Shown: positions 7,994 to 15,431, numbered from the stretch's first letter. The stretch is 32,000 nt of DNA from Haloferax volcanii DS2 (GCF_000025685.1 NC_013966.1:120001-152000), one strand, 5' to 3'. Notes: generated from the letters alone by a model not told the origin. Translations and numbers: made by a program.

Positions 7994-8602
7994 ATGGGCT
8001 CAGACGAGATACGGCACCCTGTTCTTGTAGATACTGACGCACTCATTTCTGTCGCAAATACATCTCTGTGGCCGAAGGTTGTAGGCAGCCTTAATCTGAC
8101 GACGACGAACGTCTGTATTCATGAGTTGAAGCGACACACCCGCGACAAGTCTGAATATGCGCCTGACGGAAGCCGTCAAAAGTGGATTCACGATGGGAGT
8201 GTAGCGGCACTCGAACCGTTTGAAGACACCTCAAACACGGCGTTTACCACAATCAATAGCGTTCCCCGGCCGCACGGACCAGACGCTGGAGAACAGTCGT
8301 TAGAACAAGAACTCGAACAGCACCCAGAAAGCTACACGTTCGTCGTTCTCATGGATCAGAGAGGTCGAGAATCGATAAACCGAGTCTTCGAGGAACGAGA
8401 CGAATACGGTGTCGCAGTCGCTCCCTCCTATCTGCTCTACTTACTCCACAAGAACGGCAACTGTTCGAAGCAGGAATTCTGTGAGGCGTGTGGAGAGCTT
8501 CTGGAGGGTGAGGGGTGGACAAGCTACAGTGCGATACAAGCGATTTGGCAGGAAATCCCGATTGACTGCAGTTCGTACTTAGATGGAAACCTATTGCCCT
8601 GA
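7994..8602 (+). CDS. PIN-like nuclease toxin (COG2405/DUF3368-type by motif), unusually long
   Basis: 202 aa. It has the N-terminal acidic strand VLVDTDALISV, then DAGEQSLEQE, VVLMDQRGRESI and YLLYLLHKNG. This order matches the D...GE(A)E...DD.kaR...GT.gvL pattern of DUF3368 PIN-like proteins (from memory). Confidence 0.55.
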   Translation: MGSDEIRHPVLVDTDALISVANTSLWPKVVGSLNLTTTNVCIHELKRHTRDKSEYAPDGSRQKWIHDGSVAALEPFEDTSNTAFTTINSVPRPHGPDAGEQSLEQELEQHPESYTFVVLMDQRGRESINRVFEERDEYGVAVAPSYLLYLLHKNGNCSKQEFCEACGELLEGEGWTSYSAIQAIWQEIPIDCSSYLDGNLLP

Positions 8603-8625
8603 CAAGCGTACCAGATGAATCGACG

Positions 8626-8772
8626 TCACTCACAACGCAGATCGACGCAGTGGACGACGCTGGCAAGTTCGTCGAGGCTCATCTGTGACCACTTGTAGCG
8701 TTTTTCTCTCGTCTCGTTCTCTGAAGACGTGTCTTCAGTCTCTAAACCCTGGGAGTCAACTTCCGAATTCAC
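8626..8772 (-). pseudogene. N-terminal remnant of a second, related tyrosine integrase
   Basis: Own translation: (GTG)NSEVDSQGLETEDTSSENETREKRYKWSQMSLDELASVVHCVDLRCE*. ETREKRYKWSQMSLDELASVV parallels ETRSRRYNWSRMDLDELVDVY of the intact integrase. Similarity is lost after about codon 40. Confidence 0.6.
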
Positions 8773-8889
8773 GCGTGCTCACCGGGGAGTAACCCGCTCG
8801 CTTCGTGTTGGAGTGGTTCTGAATATGAGATTTTCATTGGTCTACGACAATCTCCAATCTAGTTAATACTTTGGCTTGTGCAGGAGTGG
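8769..8889 (-). promoter_or_regulatory. Second copy of the integrase-upstream block, including a 22-codon leader ORF (8769-8837)
   Basis: Leader ORF MKISYSEPLQHEASGLLPGEHA*, whose stop overlaps the remnant GTG (GTGA). The conserved boxes at 8833-8843 and 8864-8889 match 4227-4237 and 4259-4284. Confidence 0.4.
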
Positions 8890-8982
8890 CAGATACACAA
8901 CCGCAATTAGTAAATGACGAACTGAGGCGGCAATATAACAGTAAATCACATATTGCTATACAAAATGTGGCGGGGATCTGGA

Positions 8983-9200
8983 CCACAGTTTCGGAGGATG
9001 GGTTCTGTTGCGTGCCTTATTTTCACGTCAATTGAGTTTGATTAGGCTCTCGTCTATCGGTTTTCGAATTTAGTATGGTGAGAGACTTTGGAAAGATTTT
9101 CTGAGTGATATGAAATACAAATCGACAGACTGCTCCTATTTCACAGCTACGAGCGAAGAATAGAAGGCACGCAACACTTCCATCCTCCGAGGTTGTGTGG
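8983..9200. mobile_element. MITE-like element (218 bp) with ~35-bp imperfect terminal inverted repeats
   Basis: Left arm ccacagtttcggaggatgggttctgttgcgtgcct (8983-9017); right arm aggcacgcaacacttccatcctccgaggttgtgtgg (9165-9200). The interior is AT-rich. ORF 9023..9277 inside and across it is probably spurious. Confidence 0.5.
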
Positions 9201-9222
9201 AACCCCACAGTTTCGGGGGAGG

Positions 9223-9347
9223 GGCTCTGTTGAAACCCCCTTTCCGTCTGGCGACTTGTTGAGAGACTAGTTTTCACTGTGACCCACGGAAACTAGCCAG
9301 AAAGAGCGCTCCCTCCAATGTCAACGCTGAAGGATTTCAACAGAGCC
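9223..9347 (+). mobile_element. 125-bp MITE, copy A
   Basis: Terminal inverted repeats ggctctgttgaaacc and ggatttcaacagagcc. It is near-identical over its full length to copy B at 9837-9961, with about 10 substitutions by eye. Confidence 0.7.
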
Positions 9348-9485
9348 GGAGGAGATTATTTTTGCGTTTTTCTAGGGCTTTTCGTGGTTCGGGCAGGCCA
9401 TATCGGTGTCGCATCAACTACCGCCCTCGGTGAGGATGGAGTATGGGCGTTAATTTTAATACAATTAACTGAGTGTCGTTATAAT

Positions 9486-9731
9486 ATGGATACCCCTCCA
9501 AGAGACTTCATGCTTGGGCGGTCTAGTGCATGGTCTAGTAAGTTTGAATTGTTGGCTGTTTCGCTACTTGGTCTTGCCATCTCTGCAGTATTATTAGGTT
9601 TTTTTGACATTGCCTCACCAAACTCAATTGTTAAACTGCTCTATTTCCTAATTACCTACTTGTCACTATTTAGCATATCCATATTTACTACATACTTCGT
9701 GGCATATCAATTCGGCATTGGACGTAAATGA
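9486..9731 (+). CDS. Small two-TM membrane protein (81 aa), hypothetical
   Basis: An internal ATG of ORF 9318..9731; the ORF-track start lies inside MITE A and is unlikely to be real. MDTPPRDFMLGRSSAWSSKFELLAVSLLGLAISAVLLGFF...LLYFLITYLSLFSISIFTTYFVAY shows two hydrophobic helices. Low-GC codon usage. Confidence 0.4.
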   Translation: MDTPPRDFMLGRSSAWSSKFELLAVSLLGLAISAVLLGFFDIASPNSIVKLLYFLITYLSLFSISIFTTYFVAYQFGIGRK

Positions 9732-9836
9732 TAAACATCGAATTGTTATAAGATTGTACATTTGGTACTGTCCAAGACCAGCAAATCCGTGTCGCGGGAT
9801 TCTGCTCGCGAATCGTTTCGAGACACTCGAAAATCT

Positions 9837-9961
9837 GGCTCTGTTGAAACCCTCTTTCCGTCTTGCGATTTGTTGCGAGACTAGTTTTTACTGTGATCCA
9901 CGGAAACTAGCCAGAAGGAGCGCTCTCTCCAATGTCAACGCTGAAGGATTTCAACAGAGCC
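9837..9961 (+). mobile_element. 125-bp MITE, copy B
   Basis: Same termini (ggctctgttgaaacc and ggatttcaacagagcc) and same orientation as copy A. Confidence 0.7.
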
Positions 9962-10086
9962 AAAATCTATTCTTTCGTCTGATTCTCTGGGAAGTTCACC
10001 ACGTTTTGACCGTTGAGTGCGTGAAATCTGACCGCTAGTTCGTCAATCAGAACCAGCAGTCGTTCAATATGCGGATGATCGACGTG

Positions 10087-10401
10087 TCACAGGCTGGTCG
10101 AATTGTCCCATAGTTGGGGATGTGACACGTCAAAAAACCGACGACGTATCACCGTCCCCACCGTCCATTCGAACATCGTCGTCAACTGTCCACCGTCATT
10201 TAGACGCGAGAGACGTCTCGGATGCAGAATCGAGTAGGATAACCCGAGGTTCCGCAAGACTGTACTGAAATCGTCCAGATGGTACTGGACGTTAAACTCC
10301 TCGTTGAGTAGATGTTGCATCTCCTGTGATTTCCACGACTGGCCATCGCGGAGGAGTTCGAGCAGTTGGTTGAGCTATTCTTCGGTAAGATACCAAGCCA
10401 T
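10087..10401 (-). pseudogene. IS630-family transposase remnant (in-frame stop, internal deletion, truncated)
   Basis: Own translation from the ATG at 10401: MAWYLTEE*LNQLLELLRDGQSWKSQEMQHLLNEEFNVQYHLDDFSTVLRNLGLSYSILHPRR... This is the HTH part typical of IS630 transposases. It then jumps to GTVIRRRFFDVSHPQLWDNS, which resembles the first-Asp region (g.FfDes.pq). Only about 100 codons remain. Confidence 0.5.
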
Positions 10402-10649
10402 ATCTGTCTCACGATCTTTGCTTATTGGTCACCTCTAACGCTCTAGCCCCAAACTTCTCTCAAGTACTATTGAGGCTGATATCGACGAGGATATTAGGGA
10501 TTTCACTCAGCAGATCGATACATTTCAGTACGACTCATTGAGATAGACCCAGAGACAGTGCAACGATACGTGGGCGTAGTCAACAAATCTGCACCCTCTT
10601 GGGGACAGCGACTTGCTTCGGCCACCAACTACATTTTAGCAAACATGAT

Positions 10650-10707
10650 GGCTTTGCCCGTGGAGCGGGAGTCTTCGACATGGAACATCGCCGATCTCCC
10701 GCTTCAC
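10650..10707 (+). repeat. Orphan fragment resembling the 5' end of the IS5-like element at 11889-11962
   Basis: ggctttgcccgt, gagcgggag and atctcccgcttcac parallel ggctttgaccgt, gaagcgggaaat and atctcccgcttcac. The 14-nt atctcccgcttcac is exact at 10694-10707 and 11949-11962. Confidence 0.35.
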
Positions 10708-10758
10708 CTTCTTACTACTCGAAACCGGCGCCGTGATTCACTAGAGCCCTCAAGTTAA

Positions 10759-11637
10759 TTAGATTGTATCCAGTGCAAGTACGTGGTTGCCGGCATCAAC
10801 GTCTACCTGATACATCTTACCCTTGTCCATTGTGGTCCAAGTTCCGCTCCCGAAGATAATCATCTGTGGCGCACAGTGACCTGCTCCACACAAGTCAAAG
10901 TCGTATGCCCCGAAAGTAAGGATATTTGAATCTTTGAGATGGTCCCAAGCGTACCCAGCAAGGGCACCAACGACTGCGCCCCCAAACGCTGTCGCAATAG
11001 CGCCAACTCCACTAAATGAACCTGCAATTAGTCCACTAGCTGTTCCAATGAGTCCCCCGATCGCTACTTTAGTTAAAGTATTGATATCGTCATAATACTC
11101 AACCGATGCACCAACAATTTGATGCCTACCATAACCAGAGTAGACATTACAACTCTGATTTTGATCTCCTTTGTAAACGCTAAACCGGCTGATTGTCTTG
11201 GCCACCCCGTCACTGACTTCCTCAATGAGGTCGTCCCACGCCGACTTCTCCTCGAAATTTTGGACACCAATTGTGTTGGTCTTTTCGACCGTATCCGTTT
11301 TAGTTCCGTAAACCTTCACCGATTCCACGCTCATCTCAACTCCCGATTCCGCGCTCATTTGGGATTGAGTCGCTTTTGCGTTTTCCTTTTTCACCGTTGC
11401 GACTAATTCACTTACCTCTCCCGTTTCTGTATTCTTGGCGCGTGCGAAACTGTAGACCGTATCATCGATAACAGCGTGTTTTTTATCCTCAAGTTCAATC
11501 GGAGCGGGATCTATCGAGGAATCAGAACTCTTTTCACTACCGTGTTTTTGAGCTGAAACGATTCCAGTCGTTGACGAAACGCCGATTGCTGTACCTGCAA
11601 TGCCGAGGAACTGGCGTCGATTAGGCTTTTTCACCAT
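10759..11637 (-). CDS. Tat-signal secreted protein with a glycine-zipper hydrophobic segment (function unknown; candidate halocin-like or membrane-active toxin)
   Basis: 292 aa. The twin-arginine motif NRRQFLGIAGTAIGV is followed by VSAQ. Residues 191-229 (VAIGGLIGTASGLIAGSFSGVGAIATAFGGAVVGALAGY, nt 10951-11067) form a run of GxxxG/AxxxG repeats. The C-terminal ~60 aa contain CGAGHC. The gene is clearly lower in G+C than the flanking high-GC genes. Confidence 0.75.
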   Translation of the reverse strand: MVKKPNRRQFLGIAGTAIGVSSTTGIVSAQKHGSEKSSDSSIDPAPIELEDKKHAVIDDTVYSFARAKNTETGEVSELVATVKKENAKATQSQMSAESGVEMSVESVKVYGTKTDTVEKTNTIGVQNFEEKSAWDDLIEEVSDGVAKTISRFSVYKGDQNQSCNVYSGYGRHQIVGASVEYYDDINTLTKVAIGGLIGTASGLIAGSFSGVGAIATAFGGAVVGALAGYAWDHLKDSNILTFGAYDFDLCGAGHCAPQMIIFGSGTWTTMDKGKMYQVDVDAGNHVLALDTI

Positions 11638-11939
11638 TACATTCCTAAATGTAATTGGTCTAACTTATACTCTTTGATTTGTTTTTCGTATGTCACTACT
11701 AGTTAGCACCTTCACCAGTTTCAACTGAACTTTGTAAACATGAATTGAGGTGAACGGCCGTACTGGGGCAAGCCTTGAACGAAGGGACTCTTCGCGTGGT
11801 TATTCCATCACAAAATGGACTCAACATCAGCATTCGACAGGCAATGATTTTTCAAACTGCTTGGCTTTGTGAATCACTATACGGCGTCGGCTTTGACCGT
11901 TAGAACTTGGAAGATGAAGCGGGAAATCGGCGATGATCT

Positions 11940-12671
11940 ATGTCGAAAATCTCCCGCTTCACGAAGAAAGCGGTCACGTTAGCTAAAAATGTTGTTGGTG
12001 GCCGAGGCGAAGTCGCCGCCCCCGAGGAGGGTGGCGGCTTCGCCGACTACGCTCTCCTGTCGCTACACTGTCTGCGGATTTACCTCGATGAGTCGTACTG
12101 CAACGCCCTCGATCTGCTGAGCGAAATGCCGCATATTTGTGGGGAGATCGGCCTCGCAGAGAGCGATCTCCCTGATCACTCAACGCTAGTTAAGGCGTTT
12201 AACAGGTTTCAGATGAAGGTCTGTCGAGTGCTGCTCCGACTCTCGTCGGAGCTGCACGACCTCTCGGGTCACGCCGCCATTGATGCCACCTTTTTCGACC
12301 GCGAAAACGCTAGCAAGCATTACTGCCGTCGCACGAATCACCGCGTTCAGACACTCAAAGCGACGGCTCTCGTCGATACAGAATCTCAAGCTGTTCTTGA
12401 TGTTCATTGTGCGACCGAGAAAACCCACGACATGCCCCCGAAGAGCGAGGGCCAATTCTCAACAGTTTGCGGATGTTCCTCGAAACGTGTCCGACGACGG
12501 GTGGCGACATTTAACTTAGTGAAGAAGTCGTCGAGTCGTGTTGTAGTTCTCACAGAGTCATTGCGGTCAGTTGTGAGGAGTCTGGTGAACGTCTTTTCGA
12601 ACACCCACTTCCGGATTCGGAGTAGTGTTTTAGGGATTACCCCAACACATTTCGGTTTTCGCTCGGCTTAG
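11940..12671 (+). pseudogene. Truncated or degenerate IS5/IS4-superfamily (ISH-type) DDE transposase
   Basis: The first ~170 aa look genuine (PDHSTLVKAFNRF..., GHAAIDATFFDRENASKHYCRRTNHRVQTLKATALVDTESQAVLDVHCATEKTHD, i.e. the first-Asp region). The remaining ~70 aa are low-complexity and unlike a transposase. The second Asp and the Glu region are missing. Confidence 0.6.
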
Positions 12672-13405
12672 AGCGCCAACTACCACAACCTCAGGGGATG
12701 GTTTGATGCGTGACGTTCAGTGATTGGTTGTGTGATCTAACACCGAAGCTAGTAGCAGACAAGTGCCACAGAACTGAGTAACACCCTTAGACTCGATAGA
12801 TACTCGGGAATAATTCTCTGATCGTATAGCTACCGAGACTTGGCATCTAATAATCAAGTCTGAGGTACAGTTACAACATTACTACCGTCATAGAATATGC
12901 GTGGTATAGTACAATATATAATATGTTGACACTTGGAACCAGGTCATATCTCCAAGACACAATTCTAATTTACTAACAATACTACCTAGTTGCTTAATTG
13001 ATAAATCCGTTCGGTCATGAGCGTAAATAACTGTATCACACAGTCAGGTCTCGTCACACCTCAGATATAATTGATAGAAAGAATCTTATTTACAATATAT
13101 TTGTACAGAGATCCCACTTATTTAGTTGTATGCCTCGATTACCCATAGGAAAAATCACATCATTTGACTAGTCTGTTATCGGACAACAATCACGGCACAA
13201 AGTCACTATCTACCAGATTATAGTACGCATATTATACAATATTGCTGGCTCAGAGTGTGACTGCAGTTTCATTGAACGCAATCTGATTCACCTAAGCCGT
13301 CACAAAAACCGATAATTGCACTAGTCAATCTAACCGCTGCTATCCGAATAAGCGCTGGTGCTGCTGTCCAATACATTCAATACATCTTAGTACATCTAAT
13401 ATACT
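12672..13405. other. ORF-free AT-rich tract (~730 bp)
   Basis: The six-frame track shows no ORF of 60 aa or more. Sampled 60-nt lines are roughly 35-40% G+C by hand count. Short motifs recur: tatagtac (12906, 13220) and tacaatat (12910, 13091, 13235). Confidence 0.6.
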
Positions 13406-13768
13406 ATGCCCATCAGCGCGGATCGCTTCGAGACCATTGACGACGGCAATGAAAACCCAAAACCGGGGACGAACGCCTACAAGCTCCTCTCGTTCTTAGC
13501 TCAGAATGCTGACCAAGCGTTCACCCAAAGCGAGATCGCCGAGCGGACGTCCGTCAAGCCCGGCTCGGTTGGTCCGACTCTCGTCAGGCTCAGAGAACGA
13601 GGTCGTGTCGAGCACCGGGGGACATACTGGCGCGTGAGTGACCACGTCTTGAGCCTTGACGCTGCAGCTAACCATGCTGCTGCTACAGCAGCGAGCCGTG
13701 AAGAAGAACCATTCGACTACGACGAGTGGCAAGAACACGCCGTTGACCCGCGACAACAGCGTGACTGA
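13406..13768 (+). CDS. Winged-helix (MarR/ArsR-like) DNA-binding protein, putative antitoxin
   Basis: 120 aa. NAYKLLSFLAQNADQAFTQSEIAERTSVKPGSVGPTLVRLRERGRVEHRGTYWRV is a typical wHTH. The 3' end overlaps the next ORF by 8 nt. Confidence 0.7.
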   Translation: MPISADRFETIDDGNENPKPGTNAYKLLSFLAQNADQAFTQSEIAERTSVKPGSVGPTLVRLRERGRVEHRGTYWRVSDHVLSLDAAANHAAATAASREEEPFDYDEWQEHAVDPRQQRD

Positions 13769-14105
13769 CACCAACCGCTTCCAGAAGGGCGACGTATTCT
13801 GGGCACCGGATCCATTTCGACGCGGGTCAAATCCACGCCTCTGGGTCGTTCTTGCTGCAGACTCGCTCCCGTATCCTGGCGAGGAGTATCTGGGTGCAGC
13901 TCTCACAACCAGTAATCTCCCGCGAAACTTCGAAGTTGGAGATGAGTGGGTGAGCGGCAAAGACCCGGCCAAGACCTCGTATTGCTCTCCATGGGTCGTC
14001 GCGACAATCAAACATGACACCGTTGTCAATCCACAAGGACAAGTGACCGAGTCATTCGCCGACGAAATGATTGTAGCGTGCAAGCAGTATCTCGGCCCCC
14101 AGTAG
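13761..14105 (+). CDS. MazF/PemK-like toxin
   Basis: GTG at 13761, in frame with ORF 13656..14105 and overlapping the upstream stop (gtgactga). KGDVFWAPDPFRRG..RLWVVLA...ALTTS...SYCSPWVVATIKHDTV...G.V is the PemK/MazF SH3-like pattern. 114 aa. Confidence 0.7.
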   Translation: MTDTNRFQKGDVFWAPDPFRRGSNPRLWVVLAADSLPYPGEEYLGAALTTSNLPRNFEVGDEWVSGKDPAKTSYCSPWVVATIKHDTVVNPQGQVTESFADEMIVACKQYLGPQ

Positions 14106-14122
14106 TCTGCCTAAGTGAACAT

Positions 14123-15070
14123 TCACCTACGTGCTTCACACAACGTCTGGTAGTGCGTCCGAATTGTTTGAGTTGAGGTATCACTCACGGCCGCAACACG
14201 CGCCTGCGTGAGCGGCCAGTCCCGCTCAGTCGCAGCAGTGTACACACACGCTGCCGCGACTGCATGCGGATTCGCACCCCGATGAGCCCACTCATCGCTC
14301 GATGTCTCAGCTAACGACCGTGCTCGTCGTCGAACCTGGTCTGTCACATCAAGCGCATCTGCCACTCGCGGAACGAACTCGGCCGGTGCAACTGGCTTCG
14401 CAGACAGCCCGAGTTCTATATTGAGTGCGTTATACGCTGACCGGACACGCGATTCAGCCACCCGTGCGAGCGGGATGAGTTCAGCGAGCGTCCGCGAAAG
14501 CCCCGCACATCGACAGGCGGCGTGGACGCTCGCAGCCGCGACTGCTTCAATCGATCGTCCGGGCAACAGATCCGCCTGCTGAGCAGACCGGAAACACCGG
14601 CATGCTTGGTCACGCAGGCTGTCTGGGAGGTCGAGCGCACCGATGAGTCGCCGGACTTCGTCCAAGCCATGCGCGAGTCGACGTTCACGACTCGACTGGT
14701 ACCGACTCCGACTGTGCTGGGTGCGAAGTCGGGAGAGTTGCTGTCGTCTTTCGCCCGGGATCGGTGTCCCGTTCGCGTCGACGTGTCGGCCGATATTGGT
14801 CGCGAGGCCGTGGTCGTGTCGGGTCGGCGTTCGTGGTGCACCTACTCGCTTGCGCTCCTTGCGCTCGAACGACCGCCATTCGGGACCGTGGTCGATGCCG
14901 TGCCCGTCGATGATGAGCCCACACGACTGGCACCGTCGCTCACCAGCGTCCGTAATGACCTGGCCGCCACACTCCGGACAGGAGGCGGGTCCACAGGATT
15001 TCCCGCACGATTCGTCGAACTGTCGCTCGTAGACATCTCGTGTCGCCATCTCGAACACCGCGCGACGCAA
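14123..15070 (-). CDS. tfb: Transcription initiation factor IIB (TFB) paralog
   Basis: N-terminal zinc ribbon CPECGGQVITDAGERRCQSCG, then the B-linker (GPEWRSF...RVGAP) and two cyclin-like repeats. TTG at 15070; the more likely start is the ATG at 15049 (MATRDVYERQF). Confidence 0.9.
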   Translation of the reverse strand: MRRAVFEMATRDVYERQFDESCGKSCGPASCPECGGQVITDAGERRCQSCGLIIDGHGIDHGPEWRSFERKERKRVGAPRTPTRHDHGLATNIGRHVDANGTPIPGERRQQLSRLRTQHSRSRYQSSRERRLAHGLDEVRRLIGALDLPDSLRDQACRCFRSAQQADLLPGRSIEAVAAASVHAACRCAGLSRTLAELIPLARVAESRVRSAYNALNIELGLSAKPVAPAEFVPRVADALDVTDQVRRRARSLAETSSDEWAHRGANPHAVAAACVYTAATERDWPLTQARVAAVSDTSTQTIRTHYQTLCEARR

Positions 15071-15073
15071 TTT

Positions 15074-15106
15074 GGTGCGCCCCGCACCCGTCAGGGGCCA
15101 AAAAAC
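15074..15106 (-). promoter_or_regulatory. T-run plus GC-hairpin motif, copy 1 (upstream of tfb)
   Basis: Minus strand: tgttttttggcccctgacgggtgcggggcgcac. It lies 3 nt upstream of the TTG and 24 nt upstream of the ATG of tfb. Confidence 0.55.
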
Positions 15107-15431
15107 ACGGTTGCTGTCTCGAACAAGCAGGCTTCTCTTGGGGGGTCGTTAAATGACTGAACCACAACACCAAACAGGCTAGCAAGTGGATTATCGTTGC
15201 AGGCTCGTCGTGTCACATAAGACGCGCCCTGTTCTGCAACGGGTGCGGAATCGCGTACCAAGCCATCCGCGCTCGCCCCTTGATAACTCCCTCGTGGGCC
15301 TCGTGCCCACCGAGTTTCGTACACTCGACACTCAAGTTATTGGATATCTGTGGGTTGCGAGTCGCGGACTGTGTTAGTCGGAATTGCTCACCAAGCGAAC
15401 AGTTAACTGAAGCAACATATAACTGTCTTGT

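Noticed and set aside
9023-9277. 84-aa minus-strand ORF, and the 9318 start of ORF 9318..9731
   Set aside because: Both lie in or across MITE sequence, and the MITE copy B region gives an equivalent pseudo-ORF. Only the distal part from the ATG at 9486 looks like a real small membrane protein.
9223-9961. Possible CRISPR array (direct repeats with a spacer)
   Set aside because: There are only two copies. The repeats are 125 bp long with their own terminal inverted repeats, the 'spacer' is 489 bp, and no cas genes are present. MITEs explain the pattern.
10081-10130. 10-bp perfect inverted repeat gacgtgtcac / gtgacacgtc around the IS630 remnant stop
   Set aside because: It is an isolated short palindrome pair within decayed IS sequence, with no second copy or positional logic.
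10558-10758. 66-aa plus-strand ORF upstream of the Tat-protein gene stop
   Set aside because: It covers the orphan IS-end fragment. Its reading frame differs from the transposase frame it resembles at DNA level, and it has no motifs.
13496-14083. 195-aa minus-strand ORF
   Set aside because: It is antisense to the wHTH/MazF-like operon, whose two ORFs have recognisable family motifs and operon geometry.
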